Assembly: GCA_031409275.1 (NCBI GenBank)
Contig: JANNXA010000014.1
Span: 192,001-256,000, forward strand
DNA: 64,000 nucleotides
Source of the DNA: Planctomycetota bacterium
Lineage (GTDB): Bacteria > Planctomycetota > B15-G4 > SIAN01
Reading direction: 5' to 3'
This document shows, piece by piece, positions 1-11,340 of the stretch (position 1 is its first letter; each line of letters opens with the position of its first letter). A program made the translations under genes and the position numbers. The notes beneath the pieces are model-generated. The model was not told the origin of the DNA. It saw nothing but the letters and a program-made list of their open reading frames with translations, and did not search any database.

Positions 1-1
1 A

Positions 2-940
2 CTCGAGGCGGGCGCGCGGATCGAGGTCAACCCGGAGAAGCGCGACCCTCGCGACTTCGCCCTCTGGAAGATCGACTCCCACCACCAGATGCAGTGGGAT
101 GCGCCGTGGGGCCGCGGCTTCCCCGGCTGGCACATCGAGTGCTCGGCGATGTCGAAGAAGTACCTCGGCGACACCTTCGACATCCACACCGGTGGCGAGG
201 ACAACGTCTTCCCCCACCACGAATGCGAGATCGCGCAATCGGAAGGGGCGAACGGCAAGCCCTTCGTGCACCACTGGCTGCACGTGCGCCATCTGCTGGT
301 CGACAGCACGAAGATGAGCAAGCGACTCGGCAACGTGCACACCGTCGAGGGGTTGAAGGCGAAGGGCTACAGCGGGGACGCGCTGCGCATCGCGCTGCAG
401 AAGGCGCACTACCGCGAGCCGCTCAACTTCACCCTGACGGGCCTCGACGAGGCCGAGAAGAAGGTCGCCCGTTACCGCGACCTCGCCCAGCGGCTCGGCG
501 CGGACGCCGCGGATGCCCCGGCCGGCCGCGCCGCGCCGGACGTTGCGGCCGCCCTCGCCTCGTTGCGCGCGCGTTTCGGCGCGGCGCTCGACGAAGACTT
601 GAACGTCTCGGTCGCGTTCGCCGTGATCGATGAGGCGGTGGCCGAGGCCAATCGGCGCGCGCGCAAGGGCGCCGACGCCGCCGCCCATCTCGCCCTGCTG
701 CGCGAGTTGTGGGGAGTGTTCGGATTGGTCGAGAAGTCGCTTGAATCGGCGGCCCTTGAAGATGCCGACGTTCTCGCCTTCATCGAAGAGCGTGAGGCGG
801 CGCGCAAGCGCCGCGACTTCAAGCGAGCCGACGAGCTCCGTGTGCTGCTGAAGCAGCGCGGGATCGAACTGCTCGATGGCAAGGACGGCGTACGCTTTCG
901 ACGAACCGCCGGCGGACCGACGCCACCGGCGCACGCTTGA
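2..940 (+). CDS. cysS: Cysteine--tRNA ligase (5' end outside window)
   Basis: RDFALWK, WGRGFPGWHIECSAMS, DIHTGGEDNVFPHHECEIAQS, KMSK-like KMSKRLGN and C-terminal ARKRRDFKRADELR. The frame is open from base 2. Confidence 0.97.
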   Translation, partial: LEAGARIEVNPEKRDPRDFALWKIDSHHQMQWDAPWGRGFPGWHIECSAMSKKYLGDTFDIHTGGEDNVFPHHECEIAQSEGANGKPFVHHWLHVRHLLVDSTKMSKRLGNVHTVEGLKAKGYSGDALRIALQKAHYREPLNFTLTGLDEAEKKVARYRDLAQRLGADAADAPAGRAAPDVAAALASLRARFGAALDEDLNVSVAFAVIDEAVAEANRRARKGADAAAHLALLRELWGVFGLVEKSLESAALEDADVLAFIEEREAARKRRDFKRADELRVLLKQRGIELLDGKDGVRFRRTAGGPTPPAHA

Positions 941-958
941 GAACTGGGAGACGATTCG

Positions 959-2215
959 ATGAAGCTGGCCCCGACGCTGCTCGTGCTCGCTGCTTTCGGA
1001 GTGCTGCTCTGGGTGAGCACCAAGAAGCCGGCGAACGCTGACCCCGGCGCCTCCGCACCCGCCGCCCAGCACGGCACGGCCTCCGGTCACGGGGACCACG
1101 CCAGCAGCGCCGATGCCGGCCACGCAGCACCACCGGCCGCAACCGGTCACGATGCCGCCGCAGGTCACGATGCCGCCGCAGCTCCGACCGAGCTCGTGAA
1201 GGTCATCCCCGCGACGCCGCTGATCCCGGCGCCGCCGCGCAACCCCGACAGCGTCGTGGTCACGGTGCGCGACCCCGCCAACCAGGGGCAGCCGCAGATC
1301 GAGGTGATGCTGCTGGACGCGAGCGGCGCGACGGTCGCCAAGAAGCGCTCGGACGCGAACGGTCGCGCCGCGTTCGACAAGGTCGCCGCGGGCCGCTACC
1401 GCGTCGTCGCCTACGACCCTGACTACCTCTACACGGCGCGCGGCGAAGCGACCGTCGATGCGAAGTCGGGCGCCTATCAGGAAGCCGAGCTGCGCGTGGA
1501 ACGTGGCCGTTGCGGCATTCGCGGCATCGTGATGGACGGCGGCCAACGACCGCTCGTCGATCGCAAGGTGACGCTGAACGCGGGAGGCGCCGACTTCGCC
1601 GTCAACACCGACCCGAAGGGTCGCTTCCTGGTGAACGGCCTCGTCGCCGGCACCTGGACCGTCGCCGCCGACGGGTTCGCCGACCAGAAGCAGACCGTCC
1701 GCCTCGCCGATGGGACCGTCGGCGAAGTCGCACTCACGCTGGCGAGCACCTGCAGCGTCGAAGTCGAACTGACCGGTTCGCACCTCCACCCGGCCCACTT
1801 CGTCGGCGGCGAGACCGCCTTCCTGCGCCCCGCGGGCGACTCGTCGGCGGGCGCCGAGCTCGCGCGGGCGATGGCGCTCTTCACCGACGGCGGACATGAG
1901 CACGCCAACGTCGCGCGCGCCCGCTTCGACGGATTGAAGCCAGGTTCCTATCAGCTCGACGTCGTCGATTCGAAGGGGGCGAGCCTGATCAACCAGTCGA
2001 CGAAGTTCGGTCGGCCGGTTCCGCTCGATCTGGTCGAAGGCACGTCGCGCACGGTTCCGCTGAAGACGGTCGCGGCGGCGCGCAGCAGCGGCGTCGAGGT
2101 CCCGACGCTCGCGATCCTCATCATGTGCGCCGTGATCGGCGGCATGATCCTGCTCACGCCGGTCCTCTTCCCGCCGCCGCTCGTCGCCAAGCGCCCGCTC
2201 GGGATGCAGCGCTGA
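959..2215 (+). CDS. Membrane-anchored carboxypeptidase-regulatory-like (Cna/transthyretin-fold) repeat protein with His-rich linker
   Basis: N-terminal hydrophobic helix, His/Ala-rich linker, repeats such as SDANGRAAFDKVAAGRYRV and TDPKGRFLVNGLVAGTWTV, and a C-terminal TM helix. GGGAG SD upstream. Confidence 0.75.
   Translation: MKLAPTLLVLAAFGVLLWVSTKKPANADPGASAPAAQHGTASGHGDHASSADAGHAAPPAATGHDAAAGHDAAAAPTELVKVIPATPLIPAPPRNPDSVVVTVRDPANQGQPQIEVMLLDASGATVAKKRSDANGRAAFDKVAAGRYRVVAYDPDYLYTARGEATVDAKSGAYQEAELRVERGRCGIRGIVMDGGQRPLVDRKVTLNAGGADFAVNTDPKGRFLVNGLVAGTWTVAADGFADQKQTVRLADGTVGEVALTLASTCSVEVELTGSHLHPAHFVGGETAFLRPAGDSSAGAELARAMALFTDGGHEHANVARARFDGLKPGSYQLDVVDSKGASLINQSTKFGRPVPLDLVEGTSRTVPLKTVAAARSSGVEVPTLAILIMCAVIGGMILLTPVLFPPPLVAKRPLGMQR
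1145..1180 (+). repeat. Exact 18-bp tandem duplication GGTCACGATGCCGCCGCA x2 (GHDAAA x2)
   Basis: Read directly at 1145-1162 and 1163-1180. Confidence 0.9.
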
Positions 2216-2306
2216 GCGCGCGGCTCGCGACCCGCTTTTCACGAAGGGCGCGCATCGCGGTTCTCTAGCGGGGTGGCGGTGATGGGCCGCCCCCACTGGA
2301 GACCGC

Positions 2307-3434
2307 GTGGCACCTCTCCCTCGTCTCGCCAGGCGGCTCGCGCTTGCCGCAATCGTCGCCGCCGCAGGTGGCTCGTCGCTCCTGCACGCCAACGGCGGCA
2401 TCGATGGCGCGCGTCGCACGTTCGCCGAGGGGTTCACCCCGTTCCCGCATGACGGCGCTGCCAACGGCGTCTTCGACGCGCTGCGGATGATCGATGAGGA
2501 CGGCGACCTCACCGTCTTCCACTTCGACGATGGCGTCCCCTGGAACGAGGCGCTGGCCGGACTGCCGCATCCCGATCGCGGCACGCTGACCTACCTGCGC
2601 TCGCTCTCGCCGACCGGCAACCGCATCTACGTGGCCGCCACCCCCATCGCGATCACGCGCGATGGACTGACCGCGTACTACCCCAATCAACCACTGCCGC
2701 CGCCATGGGACGCACTCGCGTTCGACGATCCATCGGTCGTCGCGGCGTTCCGCAACCACTGCGAGGAGCTGCTCTCGATCTTCCAGCCCGATTGGTTCGC
2801 GCTGTCGATCGAGGCGAACCTCCTGCACACCCTGGCGCCGGCGAAATGGGCTGCGTGGAGGTCGCTCGCGCAACAGACGGCCGCCGCGTTGCGACTCTCC
2901 CATCCCGGCCTGCCGCTGTTCGCCACCGTGCAGGCCGACGAGTTCTGGCTGCGTCTCACCGATCCGCCCGACCCGTGGACCGGTTTGACCCAGCCGCAGG
3001 CGGCGGCGGAGGTGGTCGCGCTCTCCGACTGCGTGGCGGTGAGCAGCTACCCGGTCCAGCTGACGTTTCGCGGCCACGTCGCGGAATTGCCGCCCGGCTA
3101 CCTCGAGGTCGTGCGCGCGCTCGACGGCCGCAAGCCGTTCCTCATCGCCGAGACGGGCTGGCCGGGCGAGAAGCTCGACGCGCCGTGGCCCTACACGCTG
3201 CGCACGACCGCGCTCGACCAGAGCGACTGGGTCGACTGCCTGCTTTCCGCAGCCGAGCGCCACGACGCGCTCTTCGTGAACTGGTACCTGACCTGGGACT
3301 ACGACGACCTTTGGAACTCCGGCACGATCACGCAAGACGCGATCGGTCGCTTGTTCCGCGACATGGGGCTGCGCGATGGGCTCGGCCGCGCACGGCCGGG
3401 GCTCACGCGCTGGCGCCGCTGGCTCGCGCGCTGA
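2307..3434 (+). CDS. Secreted clan GH-A-like glycoside hydrolase (TIM barrel)
   Basis: Signal peptide (RRLALAAIVAAAGG), putative acid/base motif SIEAN, nucleophile motif IAETGWP, and VSSYP. GGAG SD before a GTG start. Confidence 0.65.
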   Translation: MAPLPRLARRLALAAIVAAAGGSSLLHANGGIDGARRTFAEGFTPFPHDGAANGVFDALRMIDEDGDLTVFHFDDGVPWNEALAGLPHPDRGTLTYLRSLSPTGNRIYVAATPIAITRDGLTAYYPNQPLPPPWDALAFDDPSVVAAFRNHCEELLSIFQPDWFALSIEANLLHTLAPAKWAAWRSLAQQTAAALRLSHPGLPLFATVQADEFWLRLTDPPDPWTGLTQPQAAAEVVALSDCVAVSSYPVQLTFRGHVAELPPGYLEVVRALDGRKPFLIAETGWPGEKLDAPWPYTLRTTALDQSDWVDCLLSAAERHDALFVNWYLTWDYDDLWNSGTITQDAIGRLFRDMGLRDGLGRARPGLTRWRRWLAR

Positions 3435-4061
3435 TCAGCGACGGCGCGGCGACTTGCCGCTGCGGCCCTTGGGAGCGCGCAGCTTCTTGAACGGTCGCAC
3501 CTTCTTGCGCGCGGGCAGCGGCGAGCCAGGGCCCGTGTCGGCCGCTCCACCATCCTCGATCGGCGCGTCCGCTTCGTCGCCGGTGTCCGCTTCGTCGCCC
3601 TCATCCGCTTCGTCGTCGCTGCCCGCGTCGCGGGCGGCAGCGTCCGGTGCGGCCGCGTCCGGCGACGGCAGCGCGCCATCCGCGGGCAGCGCCCCTTCGG
3701 CCGGGATTTCCGGCGGGCGCTGGTCGCGCAGTTGATGCAGCAGCTCGCCCATCTTGATCGCACCTTCGACCGACTCGTCGTATTCGAAGGAGATCTGCGG
3801 AGCGTTGCGCGTGCGCAACCCCTCGGCGACACGCCGCTGCACGAAGAGCTTCGAGCTCTCGAGCGCGTGCTTCGTCTTGCTGCGGTCGCCTTCGCTGCCG
3901 AAGACCGACCAGAAGATGACGCAGCTCGTGAAGTCCGGCGCCAGCTTGACGCGCGTGACGGTCACGAACCCCATCCGCGGGTCTTTCAGCTCGAACAAGA
4001 TGACATGAGCCGCGCGCTTGCGGATCAACTCGGTCAGGCGAAGGTTCACGCGGCTCGACAT
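3435..4061 (-). CDS. rbfA: 30S ribosome-binding factor RbfA with long acidic/basic C-terminal tail
   Basis: ELKDPRMGFVTVTRVKLAPD and LRTRNAPQISFEYDESVE; lies downstream of infB. ATG at 4061 chosen over the ORF-track start at 4157. Confidence 0.95.
   Translation of the reverse strand: MSSRVNLRLTELIRKRAAHVILFELKDPRMGFVTVTRVKLAPDFTSCVIFWSVFGSEGDRSKTKHALESSKLFVQRRVAEGLRTRNAPQISFEYDESVEGAIKMGELLHQLRDQRPPEIPAEGALPADGALPSPDAAAPDAAARDAGSDDEADEGDEADTGDEADAPIEDGGAADTGPGSPLPARKKVRPFKKLRAPKGRSGKSPRRR
3568..3621. repeat. Three imperfect 18-bp units (core TCCGCTTCGTCG) encoding the acidic RbfA tail DEADEGDEADTGDEAD
   Basis: The core recurs at 3568, 3586 and 3604. Confidence 0.8.
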
Positions 4062-4267
4062 CGTCACGACCCGAAAGAGAGCACCGCCGATCGACGGCTG
4101 CGCACGGATTTGGAAGGCGCCCAGTTGAGCGGACGGCGCCGCCGCCGCAAGAGGCACCGGGGCGCGCGGCCCCGCGGACGTCCCGCCGAACCGGCTCCGC
4201 CGACTACGATCGCGATGCGCAACGGTGGCCGACTCACCGGCAACCGTCGCGCGCGGAGGCCCTGTCG

Positions 4268-4552
4268 ATGATGGAAGTCGGGATCCTGCAGTTCACCGTG
4301 ATCTTGCGCGGCAGCCATTCGCTGAAAGAGAAGCGCCACGTCCTGAAGTCGATCAAGGACAAGCTGCACGCGCAGTTCAACGTCTCGGTGGCGGAGGTCG
4401 ACGACCACGACGTCTGGCAGAAGGGGACGCTCGGCGTAGTGACCTGCAGCAACGACGCCACGCGAGTCCGCTCGCTGCTCGACAAGATCGTGATGATGCT
4501 GCGGCTTCACCCGGTCGCCGAGCTCGTCGACCACCAGATCGAGCTGCTCTAG
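4268..4552 (+). CDS. DUF503 (YlxP-family) protein
   Basis: HSLKEKRHVLKSIKDKLHAQFNVSVAEVDDHDVWQ is the DUF503 signature. GGAGG SD upstream. Confidence 0.93.
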   Translation: MMEVGILQFTVILRGSHSLKEKRHVLKSIKDKLHAQFNVSVAEVDDHDVWQKGTLGVVTCSNDATRVRSLLDKIVMMLRLHPVAELVDHQIELL

Positions 4553-4656
4553 GAGCAGGAGTCGCCGCGACCGCGCTGAACGGTGATCGCGACGAGGGGG
4601 TAGATCCGCGCCGCGCGCTCCGCCGCAATCTCGCCGCGCGCCACAAGGAGTCCGAC

Positions 4657-4839
4657 ATGCCTCCGCAACCGTATCCAGGCTACGCGATGGGCTGGGGCAC
4701 GCTCGCCCTCGTGAACGCGGGGCTGGCGCAAGGCAAGGGACGCAGCGGCTTGAACTGGTTCCTCGCGTCGCTGCTGCTCGGACCGGTGGCGACGTTCCTC
4801 CTCGTCGCCTTCTGCGACGACCTCCGCGGAAAAAAATAG
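4657..4839 (+). CDS. Small (60 aa) membrane protein
   Basis: AAGGAG SD then ATG at 4657. The sequence GWGTLALVNAGLAQGKGRSGLNWFLASLLLGPVATFLLV resembles a widespread small two-helix family. Confidence 0.75.
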   Translation: MPPQPYPGYAMGWGTLALVNAGLAQGKGRSGLNWFLASLLLGPVATFLLVAFCDDLRGKK

Positions 4840-4850
4840 TCGCACAGGAA

Positions 4851-4887
4851 GAGTGGCGGCGGCCCCCGTTGCCAGGAGCCGCCGCTC
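4851..4887. terminator. Stem-loop between the convergent small ORF and infB
   Basis: GAGTGGCGGC...GCCGCCGCTC forms a 10-bp stem with one G-U pair. There is no strong U-tract. Confidence 0.5.
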
Positions 4888-4929
4888 GTTCGTTCCGATT
4901 CGATCGTCGCCACCGCTGCGCGGCGTGGA

Positions 4930-7761
<2,832 letters not shown>

Positions 7762-7821
7762 GCGGCGACTCCTCGGCAATCAGCTCAATTCACTTCGAAA
7801 CGAACTAGTCCACGCCCCGAA

Positions 7822-8904
7822 TCACGACGAGACACTGCTCTCGTCAGCCGGAGGCGTCGGCGGTGGCAGATCGGACGGCGGCGCCACCGCCTCGGACGTC
7901 GCGGGACGCGCCGGCGCCGCATTCGGCATGCCGGGAGATCCCGCTTCCCCTGGCCCCACCAGCGAGCCGTCCGCGCGGATCGCCTGGAGGTTGATCTCCC
8001 AGCCGGTCAGCCGGCTGGCGAGACGAACGTTCTGCCCGCGCCGACCGATCGCGAGCGAGAGCTGATCCTCGGTGACGCGGACGGTGGCGACGTTGCGAGA
8101 CGGGTCGAGCTTGATGTCGGCGATCTCGGCCGGCCGCAGCGCGTTCAGGATCAGCGCCTCGACCGACTCGTTCCATCGGATGATGTCGATCTTCTCGCCG
8201 TTCAACTCTTCGGTGATCGACTTGATGCGCGTGCCGCGGATGCCGACGCAGGCGCCGATGCAATCGACACGCATGTCGGCCGAGGCCACGGCGATCTTGG
8301 TTCGATAGCCCGGCTCGCGCGCCACGCGCTTGATCTCGATCACCCCGTCGGAGATCTCGGGGACCTCGACTTCGAAGAGGCGGCGCACGAGGTCGGGATT
8401 GGTGCGCGACAGGATGATGCGAACGCGCAGGCCGACCTTCTTGACCTCGGTGATCAGCGCCTTGACTCGGTCGCCAACGGCATAGTTCTCGCTGCGAACG
8501 ATCTCGGAACGGGGCAGGATGCCTTCGCACTTGCCGAGGTTGACGATGTAGTTGCCCGCCTCGACCCGCTGCACGGTGCCGGTGACGAGCTGGCCGATCT
8601 TCTCTTCGTACTGGCCGAGGACGACGTCCTGCTCCGCCTCGCGGTGGCGCTGGATCATCACTTGCTTGGCGACCTGCGCGCCAATGCGGCCGAGGTCGAG
8701 GAGTTCGACCTTTTGATCGCCCTTGAAGGCTTCCACCTTGCCGGTGCGGCGATCGATGTGGACCTGCAACTCGTCGCCCACTTCGAGCTTCTTGCGCGCC
8801 GCGCTGGCGAGCGCAAACTCAAGCGACTGGAACAGGTACTCCTTGTCGATGTCCTTGTCCCGGTGGAGGGCGTCGATGATCCGAAGAATCTCTGCGCCGT
8901 CCAT
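7822..8904 (-). CDS. nusA: Transcription termination/antitermination factor NusA
   Basis: LGRIGAQVAKQV, S1 domain, AREPGYRTKIAV, GACVG and LSLAIGRRGQNVRLAS. ATG at 8904. Confidence 0.98.
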   Translation of the reverse strand: MDGAEILRIIDALHRDKDIDKEYLFQSLEFALASAARKKLEVGDELQVHIDRRTGKVEAFKGDQKVELLDLGRIGAQVAKQVMIQRHREAEQDVVLGQYEEKIGQLVTGTVQRVEAGNYIVNLGKCEGILPRSEIVRSENYAVGDRVKALITEVKKVGLRVRIILSRTNPDLVRRLFEVEVPEISDGVIEIKRVAREPGYRTKIAVASADMRVDCIGACVGIRGTRIKSITEELNGEKIDIIRWNESVEALILNALRPAEIADIKLDPSRNVATVRVTEDQLSLAIGRRGQNVRLASRLTGWEINLQAIRADGSLVGPGEAGSPGMPNAAPARPATSEAVAPPSDLPPPTPPADESSVSS

Positions 8905-9028
8905 GAAGGGACCCCCCGTGCTCCGGAGCCTTGTAGCAGCGCGCCGGTGTCCGGAGGTCGGCGTGCCACGCATCTCCCGAAACGCCGGCATCTCCGCCCC
9001 TCTCGCCATCGCGAGCTGGACGGAGACG

Positions 9029-9054
9029 AAAAAAAGTGGGCAGGGCCCACTTCT
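9029..9054 (-). promoter_or_regulatory. rimP-leader-like terminator/attenuator hairpin upstream of nusA-infB
   Basis: The minus strand reads AAGTGGGC-CCT-GCCCACTT-TTTTT: an 8-bp stem with GGGC/GCCC core plus U-tract, in the 5' leader of nusA. Confidence 0.8.
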
Positions 9055-9082
9055 TTGCGCGGCTCCAGGAAAAAGCGGGGGG

Positions 9083-9112
9083 ATGGTAACGAGCCCCCCC
9101 CTCCCTGGTCAA
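9083..9112 (-). promoter_or_regulatory. Sigma70-type promoter of the nusA-infB operon
   Basis: TTGACC (9112-9107), 18-bp spacer, TACCAT (9088-9083), about 30 nt upstream of the leader hairpin. Confidence 0.7.
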
Positions 9113-9121
9113 CCGAGCGTT

Positions 9122-11101
9122 TTGCGAGCACCCGTCGCAAACTGGCTACAGCGAACAGCTTGGGACAGCTCCTCACTGAGAACCACGTGCCTGCTAGCGG
9201 CTCTCGGGACGGTCCTTGGAGCCATCGCCGCCTCGCCTCTGCGCGCCGCCTCGCCGGCACCGCGACAAGATCCACGCCCGCTCTCCGCACTCGTTACGTC
9301 CGGTCGCGATTGGGTCCTCGCGGAGCCGACTTCGGCCGCGGAGCTCGCCGCGCGACTGAGCGAGGAACTCGGCGGCGCCGCGGACGACGCGCTCGAGTTT
9401 CGGCGCCGCGTCCCGTGGTTGGCCACCCTGCCCGACGGTGGCGCGAGGATCGCGGCGCAGGCGCTCGGGAATCGACGGGGCGCTGACCGACTTTGGATCG
9501 AGAGCGCGACCTGCGACGTGCCGCGGCGGGCCCGCGAGCTTCTCCGCGCCGCCGACGAGCGCGCGGCCGCAGGCGAGCTCGCCCTTCCGATCGCAGCGAC
9601 CATCGCCTGGAGCCGTGGCCGCGTCGAAGGGCTCGACGGCGCGGTCGATCTCTTCGAGGCGGCGCTGCTGCCGACGCATGAGCGCGCCAGCTACGCGCGC
9701 GACGCGTTCTCACGACTCGTCACCGCCGGGTGGCGCCGAGGCGACATGGAGGAAATCGCTCGTCTGCAGGTGGCGCTCACGGTGCGGCATCCCGAACTGA
9801 CCACGCTGCACCTCGATGCCGCGGCCGCCCTCCTCCGTGCCGGCGATCTGGCGTCGGCGCACCGGGAGTTCGACCAGGCCGAGGCCTCGGCATTCGGGCG
9901 CGTCGACACCGCCGCGATGCTTCACTACGGCAGCGCCACCCTTGGCCGCGCCTGGTGCCTCCTGCTGGAAGCGAAGCCTCAGCAGGCGCTCGCGCTGCTG
10001 ACGAAGGCCGACTTGCTGCCCAGGAGCGCGCTCGCGCAGGAGGATGCACTCGACGCACTGAAGCTGCGGTTTGCGATGGTGGCTCACTTCATCCGCGCCG
10101 ATGCCGGCGACCTCGATCCACGCCCGCTCGCCGGAGCATTGGCGCTCGCTCCCGTCGACCAGTCGCGCTCGATCGCCAACGACGCCTGGTTCGGCCCTTT
10201 CGGCCCCCTGTTCGGGCGCGACCTCCTGCGTGACCGCGGCCGAGCCGAGGCGTGGTGCTCTGCAGCGATTCCGTTGCTGGCAGCGCTCGAATCAAGCCAT
10301 GACCGCCACGGTCACGGATTGCTCGGTCGCAGCGTCGATGACGATGAGACTTCTGCTGCGCGGCCGGTGGCGTGGTGCTTCCTCAGCGTCTCCGAGGAGT
10401 GGTTGGTCGGCGCCGGCGATCCCGACGCCGCCGCCGCATTGCTTGCGCCACGCCTCGCCGCTCTCGCCGCAGTCGCCGACTGGAGCAATCGCGAACTCGC
10501 CTGCGAGGCGCAGCTTCTGTTGGCGCGCATCGAACTGCACCGCGGCGATGCCGTAGCCGCGATGGCCGCGGCCGAAGCCGCCTTGCGCGGCGCGCGCGAG
10601 CTGCAAGTGGGGCTCGCGGCCGACTACTGGCAACGCCACGCCGCGGGCGAAGCTCCGCCGCCGCCAAGCGCGCAGCTGATCGGCCGCAGCGACCTGCCCT
10701 ACTCGAACCTCGTCGTTCGCGCGCTGGTTTCGCGCTCCGGGGTCAAAGCGACGCTGCTCGGCGACGCGCGCGGCGCCGCCGAAGACCTGTTCGAAGCGGG
10801 GGCCGGCTGGCCGTTCGACGGCGATCGTTGGCTGCGGCACGCGACCGACTTCGCCCGTCGCGGACGCTTCGAGGAGGCGCGCGCTTGCGCCGAGCGTGCC
10901 GACGCGACTCCCGACCGCGCCTACGACTTCGCATGCTGTCGCGCGCTGTGCGGCGAGTCGGAGGCCGCACTCGCGCTGCTCGATCAGCACCTCGCCTGGG
11001 CCGGTCGTACGCCGGCGACTCGCGCGCTCGAAGTCCGCTACGCTGCGCAAGATCGCGACCTCGCGTCGTTGCACGCGGATCCCCGTTTTCCGCGCCGCTA
11101 G
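9122..11101 (+). CDS. Secreted TPR-like helical repeat protein with TPR end-of-group C-terminus (start uncertain)
   Basis: Signal-like LLAALGTVLGAIAASPLRA, Ala/Leu-rich helical repeats, and C-terminal YDFACCRALCG...DRDLASLHADPRF. The ORF-track start at 8723 overlaps nusA and is rejected. Confidence 0.65.
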   Translation: MRAPVANWLQRTAWDSSSLRTTCLLAALGTVLGAIAASPLRAASPAPRQDPRPLSALVTSGRDWVLAEPTSAAELAARLSEELGGAADDALEFRRRVPWLATLPDGGARIAAQALGNRRGADRLWIESATCDVPRRARELLRAADERAAAGELALPIAATIAWSRGRVEGLDGAVDLFEAALLPTHERASYARDAFSRLVTAGWRRGDMEEIARLQVALTVRHPELTTLHLDAAAALLRAGDLASAHREFDQAEASAFGRVDTAAMLHYGSATLGRAWCLLLEAKPQQALALLTKADLLPRSALAQEDALDALKLRFAMVAHFIRADAGDLDPRPLAGALALAPVDQSRSIANDAWFGPFGPLFGRDLLRDRGRAEAWCSAAIPLLAALESSHDRHGHGLLGRSVDDDETSAARPVAWCFLSVSEEWLVGAGDPDAAAALLAPRLAALAAVADWSNRELACEAQLLLARIELHRGDAVAAMAAAEAALRGARELQVGLAADYWQRHAAGEAPPPPSAQLIGRSDLPYSNLVVRALVSRSGVKATLLGDARGAAEDLFEAGAGWPFDGDRWLRHATDFARRGRFEEARACAERADATPDRAYDFACCRALCGESEAALALLDQHLAWAGRTPATRALEVRYAAQDRDLASLHADPRFPRR

Positions 11102-11127
11102 CGCCCACCCCCCAAACTCCCCCCTCG

Positions 11128-11337
11128 ATGTCGGCCCCCATCACCATCGAAATCAACGGCGAAGCGCGCACCCTGCGCGCGCCGCTCACCGTGCGCGAGT
11201 TGCTCACCGAGCTGGCGCTGCCGGTCGAGCGCCTCGCGATCGAGCTCAATCGCGGCCTGCTTCCGCGAACCGAGTTCGAGCGAGCGCTTGCGGACGGGGA
11301 TCGTCTCGAGATCGTCACTTTCGTCGGAGGCGGTTGA
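11128..11337 (+). CDS. thiS: Sulfur carrier protein ThiS
   Basis: 69 aa, IEINGE...LAIELN...GDRLEIVTFVGGG with C-terminal di-glycine; 3 nt upstream of thiG. Confidence 0.96.
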   Translation: MSAPITIEINGEARTLRAPLTVRELLTELALPVERLAIELNRGLLPRTEFERALADGDRLEIVTFVGGG

Positions 11338-11340
11338 CCC

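Noticed and set aside
11102..11127. TPP riboswitch upstream of thiS, or a G-quadruplex from the C-rich spacer
   Set aside because: The intergenic gap is only 26 nt and lacks the CTGAGA core. It has only three G-runs on the minus strand, so there is no real support.
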